Notes: generated by a model from the letters alone, not told the origin. Positions 50,259 through 59,891 are shown, numbered from the stretch's first letter. The stretch is 64,000 bases of DNA from Flavobacteriales bacterium (GCA_040377305.1 JBEIPA010000002.1:66245-130244); one strand, 5' to 3'. Program-made: numbers and translations.

Positions 50259-50286
50259 TCGGCATATCGGCATATTGGCACATCAC
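50259..50286. repeat. 8-bp tandem repeat GGCAYATC (locus 3) in the hisD-hisC intergenic spacer
   Basis: catcGGCATATCGGCATATTGGCACATC. Confidence 0.55.
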
Positions 50287-50289
50287 TTC

Positions 50290-51570
50290 CTACTGTTGTT
50301 TCATCCGTATCGAGACCGCATTTCGGTGCGCCAGTAACCCTTCCGCCTCCGCCATCACCTCCACAGTCCTCGCAATTTGCGAAAGTCCTTCTCTCGTCAG
50401 CTTTTGAAACGTAATCTTTTTCACAAACGAATCTACGGAAACTCCGCTCCATCCTTTTGCATTTCCACTGGTTGGCAGTGTGTGATTTGTTCCTGTAGCG
50501 TAGTCCCCAGCACTCTCGGGCGACCATTCTCCAATGAAAACACTGCCCGCATTCACAACACGTGTACTCAAGAGCTCCGCGCGATCACACGCAAGAATCA
50601 AGTGCTCCGGTGCGTATTCGTTCAGCAATTCAATTCCTTGTTCAGCAGTTTGTACAAGAATCGCAAGACTGTTCTCGAGCGACTTCGTGGCAAATTCATT
50701 CCTAAGCAACCCTGACAGCTGAAATTCAATTTGCGCGCGCACATCTTCAATCACCTTTTTGCTTGTGCTCACCAACACAACCTGACTATCCGCACCGTGC
50801 TCGCATTGTGAAAGCAAATCAGCAGCAACAAAAGCCGGATTCACACGCTCATCTGCAAACACCGCAAGTTCAGAAGGACCTGCAGGCATATCAATCGGAA
50901 ATCCATCCTTCGCAATCAACTGCTTCGCCATCGTAACCCACGAATTTCCCGGACCAAATATTTTGTACACCGGAGAAATAGTTTGTGTTCCATAACGCAT
51001 TGCTGCAATGGCCTGCGCTCCTCCGATTTTGTAAATTTCTGTTACACCACACTCACTCGCTGCATATAAAATGGCAGGATTAATATTTCCATTTTTATCT
51101 GGCGGTGTACACAAGATAATTCGTTTACAGCCGGCTATCGATGCAGGAATCGCGAGCATGAGCACCGTAGAAAACAATGGCGCAGTTCCGCCCGGAATAT
51201 AAAGTCCTACTGATTCTATGGGAACACTTTTTCTCCACACACGAATGCCAGGCATTGTCTCCATCGAGTCTTCAGGACAAATCACAAACTTGTGAAACTT
51301 GCGAATGTTCTCCGATGCAATCTTAATTGCCAGTTTCAACTCCGGTTTAATCTGCGCCCTTGCAGCTTCAATCTCCGCTGTTGAAACACGAATGGAATCC
51401 AGATTTACTTTATCTATTTGGGAAGTTAGTTCGGCAACCGCTACATCACCTCTCTGAGCCACATCGTTGAGGATACGCAACACCTGTTCTTCTGTTGCCG
51501 AAGAAGCCGTTTTCGGACGAACAAATAATTCTCTCCAGCTTGTTCGCTCTGGAAATTCTACATATTTCAT
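50290..51570 (-). CDS. hisD: Histidinol dehydrogenase
   Basis: 426 aa with HisD motifs. Stop overlaps nothing; 4-nt overlap with hisG upstream. Confidence 0.9.
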   Translation of the reverse strand: MKYVEFPERTSWRELFVRPKTASSATEEQVLRILNDVAQRGDVAVAELTSQIDKVNLDSIRVSTAEIEAARAQIKPELKLAIKIASENIRKFHKFVICPEDSMETMPGIRVWRKSVPIESVGLYIPGGTAPLFSTVLMLAIPASIAGCKRIILCTPPDKNGNINPAILYAASECGVTEIYKIGGAQAIAAMRYGTQTISPVYKIFGPGNSWVTMAKQLIAKDGFPIDMPAGPSELAVFADERVNPAFVAADLLSQCEHGADSQVVLVSTSKKVIEDVRAQIEFQLSGLLRNEFATKSLENSLAILVQTAEQGIELLNEYAPEHLILACDRAELLSTRVVNAGSVFIGEWSPESAGDYATGTNHTLPTSGNAKGWSGVSVDSFVKKITFQKLTREGLSQIARTVEVMAEAEGLLAHRNAVSIRMKQQ

Positions 51571-52421
51571 ATCACCATCTTTTCAATCGGTACAACCAAA
51601 ATTCCTTGCGCACCTTCATCGCGAAGGTTTTCGATAATTTCCCAAAACTGATTTTCTTCAATCACCGAGTGGACAGAGCTCCAGCCTTCCTCCGCCAGCG
51701 GCAAGATTGTCGGACTCTTCATTCCGGGAATCAAGGAACAGATTTTCTCCAGCTTATCATTCGGCGCATTCAATAAAACATACTTGTTGCTTTTCGCTTT
51801 TCGTACAGCGCGCATGCGAAACAACAAACGATCAATAATCTTGTTCGCCTCTGCATCACATTTTCCGCTGATCAATACAGCCTGAGAATGCATCACCGTT
51901 TCCACTTCCTTCAATCCATTCGAGAAAAGTGTACTTCCGCTACTCACGATGTCACAAATAGCATCTGCCAATCCAATGCCCGGTGCTATTTCTACTGAAC
52001 CACTAATCGGTGTGATCTGTGCATTCACGAACTTCTCGTCCAAAAACTTCTGCAACACGTTGCTGTAAGTTGTTGCAATTCTTGACCCGGAAAGATCATT
52101 CACACCAGTATAGTTCTTCTCCTTCGGTACAGCAATACTCAACCTGCACTTGCCAAAGCCAAGCTTCTCCGTAATAGTCACATCCGCCGTCGATTCAACA
52201 AGGACGTTCTCCCCAACTATTCCAATATCTGCAACGCCCTGTTCCACATACTTCGGAATATCATCATCACGCAGAAACAAAACCTCCATCGGGAAATTAA
52301 TCGCCGCCGATTTCAGTTTATTCATTCCGTTTTCGAATTCAACTCCACATTCCTTCAGCAATCGAATCGACTCTTCATTAAGCCGACCTGATTTCTGTAT
52401 TGCTATTCTGATTTTTTTCAT
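51567..52421 (-). CDS. hisG: ATP phosphoribosyltransferase (long form)
   Basis: MKKIRIAIQKSGRLNEESIRLL is a HisG N-terminus. 284 aa with a C-terminal regulatory domain. Confidence 0.85.
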   Translation of the reverse strand: MKKIRIAIQKSGRLNEESIRLLKECGVEFENGMNKLKSAAINFPMEVLFLRDDDIPKYVEQGVADIGIVGENVLVESTADVTITEKLGFGKCRLSIAVPKEKNYTGVNDLSGSRIATTYSNVLQKFLDEKFVNAQITPISGSVEIAPGIGLADAICDIVSSGSTLFSNGLKEVETVMHSQAVLISGKCDAEANKIIDRLLFRMRAVRKAKSNKYVLLNAPNDKLEKICSLIPGMKSPTILPLAEEGWSSVHSVIEENQFWEIIENLRDEGAQGILVVPIEKMVI

Positions 52422-52460
52422 CTTATTATAGATTTGCTCTGCGTCGCCGCGTCGCCGCGC

Positions 52461-52491
52461 CGCTGCGGTAAACGAAAAAGGGCCTGCAAAA
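52461..52491 (-). terminator. his attenuator terminator, 40 nt upstream of hisG
   Basis: Minus strand reads GGGCTTGCA, GUUU, TGCAGGCCC, then TTTTTCGTTT. 9-bp stem with one G-U pair. Confidence 0.6.
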
Positions 52492-52527
52492 CTGCAAGCC
52501 CTCGAGTATAGTCATAGACACAATTCC

Positions 52528-52584
52528 TCAAAGCTTGCAGTGATGCAGCATATGATGATGGAAAGTTGTCTTGTTCATGTTCAT
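52528..52584 (-). promoter_or_regulatory. hisL: his operon leader peptide ORF (MNMNKTTFHHHMLHHCKL)
   Basis: 18 codons with 5 His in a 7-codon window. The ACTGCAAGC segment at codons HCKL is complementary to the terminator's 5' arm GCTTGCAGT, giving an antiterminator alternative. Confidence 0.55.
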
Positions 52585-52688
52585 GATGGCAAATGTATAA
52601 AAGTTTTAGTACGTCACACAAATTTTATGACTGCGATCATGTGTCAGTGTATTGTCTGAGCGTATATTTACCCTACAAAATCGCTGAA

Positions 52689-53576
52689 ATGAACAAAATC
52701 TACATCCTCGCACTCGTCGCTATAACTGCATTCTCATTCAAAGGAGAAGACAAACCTGCTTACCAGCTCTTCACTGCTGATGGAAAGAAAACCTCTTATT
52801 CAGCTCTTCTTGCTGAAGCACAAAAGGCCGACATCGTTCTCTTCGGTGAACTGCACGACAATCCGATTGCGCATTGGCTGGAACTGGAACTCACGAAAGA
52901 TCTTCACAAAACCTGGGGCGCTACCACTGTGATGGGAGCTGAAATGTTTGAAGCTGATAATCAAACCGGCCTCAACATGTACCTCGAAGGAAAAATTGCA
53001 GACACTTCATTACGCAAAGTGGTTCGTCTCTGGCCGAATTACGAAACAGATTATCGTCCACTCGTTGATTTCGCGAAAGAGAATAAGATTCCGTTTATCG
53101 CTACGAACACGCCGCGTAAATATGCGAGCAAAGTTTACATGGGAGGGTTCGAAGCGCTCGAACCACTTGATGATTCGGTAAAACGTTGGTTCGCACCGCT
53201 ACCAATTCCTTACGATAGCAACGAACGTGCGTACAAAGAAATTTTCGCGAATAGCGGTGGTCACAACGGACAGAATCTTCCGAAGTCACAGGCACTGAAA
53301 GACGCAACAATGGGTTGGTTCATTTCGAAGAACTGGTCGCCAGGAAAACACTTCATTCATTTCCACGGATCATACCATAGCGACAACCGTTCAGCAATTA
53401 CATGGTATTTGCGGAAGTACATCATAAACATTGCGATGAAAGCATCTGATATTCGCCCTCGCGTATTGGTGATTTCAACCGTACTGCAAAGTGAACTGGG
53501 AACACTGAACGCCGAAGAGAAAGGCAAAGGAGATTTTGTTCTGTGCATTCCGGAATCGATGACGAGAACGTATTGA
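52689..53576 (+). CDS. ChaN family lipoprotein (haem-binding uptake, Tiki superfamily)
   Basis: Has a signal peptide. DIVLFGELHDNPIAHW is ChaN-like. 295 aa. Confidence 0.55.
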   Translation: MNKIYILALVAITAFSFKGEDKPAYQLFTADGKKTSYSALLAEAQKADIVLFGELHDNPIAHWLELELTKDLHKTWGATTVMGAEMFEADNQTGLNMYLEGKIADTSLRKVVRLWPNYETDYRPLVDFAKENKIPFIATNTPRKYASKVYMGGFEALEPLDDSVKRWFAPLPIPYDSNERAYKEIFANSGGHNGQNLPKSQALKDATMGWFISKNWSPGKHFIHFHGSYHSDNRSAITWYLRKYIINIAMKASDIRPRVLVISTVLQSELGTLNAEEKGKGDFVLCIPESMTRTY

Positions 53577-53621
53577 GTGGTCAGACCTTAAAGGTTTCAA
53601 AATACCTTTAAGGTCTGAATA

Positions 53622-55550
53622 CTATAACCCATCGAGCTCGCCCTGGATATCTTCCCAACGTTTCATCTCTTCCTCAAGATCAACTTTCAGCTTTTCGTAT
53701 TGCTGATACTTGGCCTTGTCATTCACCAGCTCGTTATAACGATTCGGATCACCAAGTATCGCGTCGAATTCTGCAATCTTCCTTTCAAGTTCAGTAACTT
53801 TCTTCTCGCAATTTACAAGTTGCGTTTTAAGCGTACGCTGCTTGTGTTCCTTCTCTTTCTTCTCCGCCTCAGATGCTGAAACAGGAACTTGTGCTTTAGG
53901 AGTAGGAATCGTTGGATTCGCTTTTTCAATTGTCCGGAAATCCTCTGCTTTTTTCGCAAGCAGGAATTCCTGTACATCACCAATGTACGGTTTCACATTT
54001 CCGTCTTTGAACTCGAATGTTTTGTTGGTGAGTCCGGCAAGAAAATCACGATCGTGAGAAACAATAATCAATGTTCCATCGAAATTCATCAACGCTTGTT
54101 TCAATACGTCTTTCGAACGTAAGTCAAGGTGATTCGTTGGCTCATCGAGAATCAGAAGATTGCGCGGCTTCAGAAGCAGGCGACACAATGCAAGTCGTGT
54201 ACGCTCTCCACCGGAAAGCACTTTCACTTTCTTATCAATAGAATCTCCGGAGAATAGAAACGATCCGAGAATTCCACGAACCTGTTTACGAACATCACCC
54301 ACTGCCTGCTCATCAATCGTTTCGAAAACCGTTTTGTTCCCGTCCAGATTGTCTGCATCATCCTGCGCGAAGTATCCTACTTCAACACTGAATCCGGGTT
54401 TTGCTATGCCCGAAGAGGTTTTCTCGCCCATGATCATACGCACCATGGTCGATTTTCCTTCTCCGTTCTTTCCTACGAATGCAACTTTGTCCTCACGTTC
54501 AATGTGAAAACTCACATTCCTCAGAATAGATTTTCCGTCGTAGTCTTTGTAACACTGATCTGCTTCTACAACTACTTTACCTGAACGAGGAGCTGGCGGA
54601 AAACGGAAACGCAAAGCCATGGTATCTTCATCATCTACTTCGATAATGTCCATGCGATCGAGTTTCTTTATCAACGACTGTGCAAAGGAAGCCTTGCTCG
54701 CCTTCGCACGGAACTGATCAATCAACTTCTCTGTTTTCTCGATTTCACGCTGCTGGTTTTTCGCAGCCGCTATTTGCGTATCGCGACGCTCTTTGCGAAG
54801 CTCCAGGTATTTTGAATAATTCGCTTTGTAATCGTGCAGCTTCCCGAGAGAAATTTCACACGTGCGATTCGTAATGTTATCCAGAAACTGTCTGTCGTGC
54901 GATACAAGTACAACACAACCTTCGTACGTCTTCAGAAATTCCTCCAACCACATAATCGACTCAATGTCGAGGTGGTTCGTAGGCTCATCCAGCAACAACA
55001 CATCCGGGCGACGCAAAACAAGTTTGGCAAGTTCAACACGCATTCTCCATCCACCGCTGAATTCATCCATCAAACGATGAAGATCCCCGTGCTTGAAGCC
55101 AAGACCTCGCAGTACTTGCTCAATCTGTCCTTCCAAAGAAGTTCCGCCCAACATGTTGATGCGCTCACTTGCTTCAGTAAGTCTCGTAATGAGATCCATG
55201 TACGAATCAGTTTCGTAATCCGTACGTGTCTCGAGCTCTTTCGTGATGTCAACTACACGTTTCTCCATCTCACGTAATTCCGCAAACGCAGAAGCCGCTT
55301 CATCATACACAGTCTTACCCATGTTGTGTTGCATATCCTGCGCGAGATAACCGATCGTGCAACCATTCGGCATTCCGATGTCGCACGTATCTGCTTTCTG
55401 CAAGCCTGCAATAATTTTGAGCAGCGTAGATTTACCCGCTCCGTTCTTTCCAGCCAAACCAATCCGATCTCTCTGATTGATCATGAATGAAATACCGTCG
55501 TACAGCGTAAACCCGCCGAATGTTACTGTTAAGTTGCTTACCGAAATCAC
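53622..55550 (-). CDS. ABC-F family ATPase (two NBDs, no TM domain)
   Basis: Two Walker A motifs, GKNGAGKST and GKNGEGKST, with an inter-domain linker. 642 aa. Confidence 0.8.
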   Translation of the reverse strand: MISVSNLTVTFGGFTLYDGISFMINQRDRIGLAGKNGAGKSTLLKIIAGLQKADTCDIGMPNGCTIGYLAQDMQHNMGKTVYDEAASAFAELREMEKRVVDITKELETRTDYETDSYMDLITRLTEASERINMLGGTSLEGQIEQVLRGLGFKHGDLHRLMDEFSGGWRMRVELAKLVLRRPDVLLLDEPTNHLDIESIMWLEEFLKTYEGCVVLVSHDRQFLDNITNRTCEISLGKLHDYKANYSKYLELRKERRDTQIAAAKNQQREIEKTEKLIDQFRAKASKASFAQSLIKKLDRMDIIEVDDEDTMALRFRFPPAPRSGKVVVEADQCYKDYDGKSILRNVSFHIEREDKVAFVGKNGEGKSTMVRMIMGEKTSSGIAKPGFSVEVGYFAQDDADNLDGNKTVFETIDEQAVGDVRKQVRGILGSFLFSGDSIDKKVKVLSGGERTRLALCRLLLKPRNLLILDEPTNHLDLRSKDVLKQALMNFDGTLIIVSHDRDFLAGLTNKTFEFKDGNVKPYIGDVQEFLLAKKAEDFRTIEKANPTIPTPKAQVPVSASEAEKKEKEHKQRTLKTQLVNCEKKVTELERKIAEFDAILGDPNRYNELVNDKAKYQQYEKLKVDLEEEMKRWEDIQGELDGL

Positions 55551-55569
55551 GGCGCAAAAGTACTAAAAA

Positions 55570-55612
55570 CAGTAGGCAGTCCGGCAGTAGTGTAGTAGAC
55601 AGTATCGTCAGA
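55570..55612. repeat. CAGTAGGCAGT-unit repeat (locus E) in the divergent promoter region
   Basis: CAGTAGGCAGTCCGGCAGTAGTGTAGTAGACAGTATCGTCAG. Confidence 0.4.
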
Positions 55613-55695
55613 AAGCATAGATTTCCCGACGAAATTCACGCTTTTGGGTTAAAGGACTTAGAACCCAGAACTTAGAACCGTTAACTTAGCGTTCC

Positions 55696-56838
55696 GTGCT
55701 CAAAAAACCCAACATCTGGTGGATTCTATTAGGCGTTCTCGCCTTCCTCACCCTGGCCTATTTCATCCGCGGGATTTTGTTGTACATCATCATTGCAGCT
55801 ATCCTCACAATGATTCTGCGTCCGCTGGATAAAAAACTGGAGCGGGTTCGGATTGGCAAATGGGGAAAACTGCCTCGCGCCGTCCGGGCAATTACGTGTC
55901 TGCTGGTGGTTTACGTTATCGTCGTGTTGTTCATCTCGATCTTCATACCGCTAATCGTAAATGAAATCAACATCATTTCCAACGTAGATAATGCTCAGTT
56001 GACGAAAGCACTGCATGAACCAATTGCACAACTCGAACAGCTCTTCGCGAACTTCCAGCAGAACCAGGCTCAACAGGTAACGCTCGAGCAATACACCCAA
56101 ACTTATCTCACCGAGCTTCTGAACGTAACGCAGGTTTCTTCGCTTGCGAATGGCGTTGTTTCTATCATCGGCAGTCTGCTCATTGCATTCTTCGCAATTT
56201 CATTTTTCACCTTCTTCTTCATTAAGGATGGTGAAGTAATCATGCACATGCTGTTGCTTCTCATTCCGCAGAACAAAGTGAAAAGCATCCGGAATATTAT
56301 TCGCGATACGCAAACAATGCTCACCAAATATTTCACCGGGGTGCTAATCGATGTCGTTTTCGTTTCTGCATTCGTAAGTATTGGAATGGCAATCCTCGGT
56401 GTCCAAAACGCGCTCATCATCGGCCTCTTCGCCGGTGTAATGAACATCATTCCGTACGTTGGACCATTGATTGGCGGTACGTTTGCGATCATTGTTGGAA
56501 TTTCCACCAACCTTACGCTCGATTTCTACGACGGCATGCTTCCGCTCGCGATAAAAATATTCCTGGTGTTTGTAGCCATGAATTTGACCGACGGATTTCT
56601 GGTGCAACCATACATTTTCAGTAAACGGGTGCGCGCACATCCGCTCGAAATTTTCACGGTGATTCTCATCGCAGGTTCACTCGCCGGAATTGGCGGAATG
56701 GTCGCAGCTGTTCCGGTGTACACGGTATTACGGATTATTCTTCGGGAGTATCTCACCAACTCCCGCTTCGTACAAAAACTCACGGATGAAATGGACGATG
56801 CAACTCCTGATCATCCGGAATCCAATGCACAGCTATGA
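55696..56838 (+). CDS. AI-2E family transporter (PerM/YhhT-like)
   Basis: 380 aa, about 8 TM helices. Family-typical N-terminal and GPLIGGTFAI segments. Confidence 0.75.
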   Translation: MLKKPNIWWILLGVLAFLTLAYFIRGILLYIIIAAILTMILRPLDKKLERVRIGKWGKLPRAVRAITCLLVVYVIVVLFISIFIPLIVNEINIISNVDNAQLTKALHEPIAQLEQLFANFQQNQAQQVTLEQYTQTYLTELLNVTQVSSLANGVVSIIGSLLIAFFAISFFTFFFIKDGEVIMHMLLLLIPQNKVKSIRNIIRDTQTMLTKYFTGVLIDVVFVSAFVSIGMAILGVQNALIIGLFAGVMNIIPYVGPLIGGTFAIIVGISTNLTLDFYDGMLPLAIKIFLVFVAMNLTDGFLVQPYIFSKRVRAHPLEIFTVILIAGSLAGIGGMVAAVPVYTVLRIILREYLTNSRFVQKLTDEMDDATPDHPESNAQL

Positions 56839-57497
56839 TTCAGAAGTCTACACTCGATTTTCTCCGCGCACTGAAGAAGAACAATAACCGCGACTGGTTT
56901 GAAAAGAACCGTGCGAAATACGAAGCTGCTAAAGACGATGTACAGAAGAACGTAGAACAGATTCTGGTTGCAGTTCGTTCCTTCGACAAACGCATTCCTG
57001 CCGACATGGAAGCACGGAAATGTATGTTCCGCATCTACCGCGATGTTCGTTTTTCGAAAGACAAGCGTCCTTATAAGAACAACATCGGTGCACACATTCA
57101 GCCCGGCGGAAAGAAAGAATTCGGTTGTGGTTACTATACGCACATCGAAGCCGGCGGAGCATTTCTCGCTGGAGGAATCTGGCAACCACCGGCACCCGAA
57201 CTCGCGAAAATTCGTCAGGAAATCGATTACAACTTTGATGAATTTAAAAAGATCATCAACGCGAAAGAATTCAAGAAGTATTTCAAAACCTTAGATCAGG
57301 CCGACAAACTCGTCACTGCACCGAAAGGTTATCCGAAAGATCATCCTGCAATCGAATTTCTCAAACTGAAAACGTTCGTGTGTGTTGCGGAACTTTCCGA
57401 CAAAGACGTTACTTCGAAAACGTATCAGAAGAAAGTCAAAGAAATTTTCAAGGCGATGTTGCCGTTGAATTTATTTCTGCAGAGAGCGCTGGATTAG
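56835..57497 (+). CDS. DUF2461 (TIGR02453) family protein
   Basis: TLDFLRALKKNNNRDWFEKNRAKYE and IYRDVRFSKDKRPYK match the DUF2461 signature. Confidence 0.7.
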   Translation: MIQKSTLDFLRALKKNNNRDWFEKNRAKYEAAKDDVQKNVEQILVAVRSFDKRIPADMEARKCMFRIYRDVRFSKDKRPYKNNIGAHIQPGGKKEFGCGYYTHIEAGGAFLAGGIWQPPAPELAKIRQEIDYNFDEFKKIINAKEFKKYFKTLDQADKLVTAPKGYPKDHPAIEFLKLKTFVCVAELSDKDVTSKTYQKKVKEIFKAMLPLNLFLQRALD

Positions 57498-57641
57498 ATC
57501 GGAGTTGGGAGATCGGAGACGGGAGTAAAATCCGGATCAGCGCGGAGACTGGAAGAACGAGCTAGTAACGAAGGGAAATTTAACGTCCTATTCTCATCCT
57601 TCCCTACTCCGCTCTGATGGCTACTGCTAACACCAAACACA

Positions 57642-57692
57642 ATCGGCATATCGGCACATCGGCACATCGGCATATCGGCATATCGGCACATC
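57642..57692. repeat. 8-bp tandem repeat GGCAYATC (locus 4), about 6 units
   Basis: aatcGGCATATCGGCACATCGGCACATCGGCATATCGGCATATCGGCACATC. Confidence 0.6.
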
Positions 57693-57772
57693 AGTTCCCG
57701 GTCTTAAGCGATACGTGCTTTTATGTGCTCACCGAAATCAAGCGAACAACAACCCGCTTCAGTTGATGCAAA

Positions 57773-58720
57773 CTAGTAGTGCCACAAATCATGCTCCGTA
57801 TTCATAATATCTTCTTTGATTGCTTCCGACTCCAGCAGTGCATCAAGTCCGCCGGTATAGGCATTGATCGGACGATCGTACACATTCGTTTCCTTGTGAA
57901 TGTAACTGCCGAAAAATCGCTTCTGAAACATATCGTCGTAAGTCAAACGTTGTGCATTGTTTTGACCGATATAAACTTCGTGACGCACCAACAGCGGACG
58001 TATTTGCGGAAAGTAAATCCAGAACAGCGGCATGAATCCAAGTACTTCACCTGTTGATGGATCTGTTTTTTCTTTCAGCGGACACAATCCGATAATGCGA
58101 ACATCCATCACCGAGCGTTGTTTGTCGAAGAACCAATCTTCTTTCACCCAGTAGGCTTTGATATGTGTGCTCTCAATTGGATTCTCAATCGTATCCGTAA
58201 TCCATGTGCCGGGATTGTTCGGATCTTCCACCTGAATAATTTCGAACGGAAGCAACAGTTCTTTCACTGCAGGAATGCTCATCGGCACTTTGAATTCATC
58301 ATCCATCGTCGGATTGTCGAATGCGGTGATACAACCATAGAGAATTCCTCCTTTGATGATATCGAACAAACTCGCGAGTCCTCCGTGCGGTGTTTCCGGA
58401 TAGTAGTACGGATGATTCATCTTCTCGCGCAAATCAATCGTGCGCCAGATTCGTTTCGACCACATCACATCGGCTTCACGCAGATACGGATATGGAATCA
58501 CACGACGATCATCGCTCGCACGTGGTCCGGATGGTGCACCCGGATCGAGAATCGTTCCTTCTTTCGGTGGACAGGGATTGTAGGGTTGTGCACACACCCG
58601 CGTAAATGCGAAGAGTGCACCGAAGAACATGAGCAGCTTGAAGAACACACTGATTTCATGAATCAGGAATTCGTAGAAGCTGTTTGTACGCGGGCGGTGT
58701 TTCTGGACAGGTGGGTACAT
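57773..58720 (-). CDS. GldN-family paralog 3 (GldO-like)
   Basis: Shares the [13 protein letters not shown] ... [27 protein letters not shown] ... [25 protein letters not shown] blocks with gldN. Confidence 0.65.
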   Translation of the reverse strand: MYPPVQKHRPRTNSFYEFLIHEISVFFKLLMFFGALFAFTRVCAQPYNPCPPKEGTILDPGAPSGPRASDDRRVIPYPYLREADVMWSKRIWRTIDLREKMNHPYYYPETPHGGLASLFDIIKGGILYGCITAFDNPTMDDEFKVPMSIPAVKELLLPFEIIQVEDPNNPGTWITDTIENPIESTHIKAYWVKEDWFFDKQRSVMDVRIIGLCPLKEKTDPSTGEVLGFMPLFWIYFPQIRPLLVRHEVYIGQNNAQRLTYDDMFQKRFFGSYIHKETNVYDRPINAYTGGLDALLESEAIKEDIMNTEHDLWHY

Positions 58721-58900
58721 AAGATACTCCTCTCGTTTTTTAGATTGTTACTTGACCGCGTAACGTTTTGCATGATTCAGTTTTTTGGAACCTGTATAAA
58801 CAAACGCGTGCTACCCGCGCTTTAGTATGCTCACTCTAAAAACAAGAGGAGAAACAACCCATGCTGCTTCTCGCTCCTGTCCGCAAAAACACGACTTACC

Positions 58901-59767
58901 TTAGAAATGCCACACGTCGTGTTCGTAATTTGAAATGTCGCTTTTGATTCTGTCTGCCTCGAGAAGTGCATCAATACCGGTTGCGTAATTGTTGATGCTT
59001 CTGTCGTACACGTTCGATTCTTTGTGCTCAAAGCTTGCGAACATGCGCTTCATGAAAATGTCATCTGCAGAGCAACGTTGTGCATCATTCTTCGTGTTGA
59101 ATACTTCACTGTTCGCGAAGATCTGACGGCACTCAGGGAAATACACCCAGAACAAAGCTTTGTATCCAACCACTACACCATTCACCGACTTCTCCTGCAA
59201 TGGACACAATCCGATTATGCGCACATCCATCACAGAACGCTGTTTGTCAAAGAACCAATCTTCTTTCATCCAGTACTGTTTTACTTCACGCGATTCAAGA
59301 TCAACTCTCACCCCAACTCGTTTATAGGTTCCGGGGAAATTCGGATCCTCTACATCCATTGAATCGATTTGTACAAACAATGAATCAATCGATCCTTTGC
59401 TCATCTTCACTTTAAACTCGTCGTCAAACACAGGATTATCGAAGGCGTGAATCGCACCACTCATCAAACCGTTCTTGATAATATCGAACAAGCTTTTGCG
59501 GTCGTTGATCGGACTCTCCGGAAAGTAAAGCGGGTGATTAAATTTCTCGCGAAGATCCAAAGTACGCCACACGCGCTTTGACCACATGATATCCGTTTCA
59601 CGCTCGTGTACATAAGGTGTAGCGCGACGATTACGTGTATTCTCCTTCACGTACGGATACTGCGCAACCTGTGCATTCAAACGTGCAGGCATGATTCCTT
59701 CGATGCAGAGCTGCACGAGCAGCACCAGGACGAAGTTTCTGAGGGTTTTGATGGCGTTGTGTGTCAT
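58901..59767 (-). CDS. GldN-family paralog 2 (GldO-like)
   Basis: Same conserved blocks, about 60 percent identical to gldN. 288 aa. Confidence 0.7.
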   Translation of the reverse strand: MTHNAIKTLRNFVLVLLVQLCIEGIMPARLNAQVAQYPYVKENTRNRRATPYVHERETDIMWSKRVWRTLDLREKFNHPLYFPESPINDRKSLFDIIKNGLMSGAIHAFDNPVFDDEFKVKMSKGSIDSLFVQIDSMDVEDPNFPGTYKRVGVRVDLESREVKQYWMKEDWFFDKQRSVMDVRIIGLCPLQEKSVNGVVVGYKALFWVYFPECRQIFANSEVFNTKNDAQRCSADDIFMKRMFASFEHKESNVYDRSINNYATGIDALLEADRIKSDISNYEHDVWHF

Positions 59768-59891
59768 AATTTATGCTCCTTTCTAATTGCTTGTTTGAAG
59801 GCATAAAACACGGGAAGAGGAAAAGTCACAAAGTTTTTTTGTAATCCAGTAGGAGTTGAGCGCTGCCAGGGTTTTTCAGGATGCCTCGACC

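Noticed and set aside
52418-52621. 67-aa ORF (TTG start) spanning the hisG upstream region
   Set aside because: The his leader is better explained by the 18-codon ATG-initiated ORF in a different frame with the HHHMLHH run. The 67-aa frame reads through the terminator hairpin.
57498-57640. Purine-rich direct repeat GAGATCGGAG x2 downstream of the DUF2461 gene
   Set aside because: Only two copies, no partner structure. Likely chance.
58118-58825. 235-aa plus-strand ORF, with a similar 166-aa ORF at 60188-60688
   Set aside because: Both are antisense to gldN-family genes with clear homology on the other strand.
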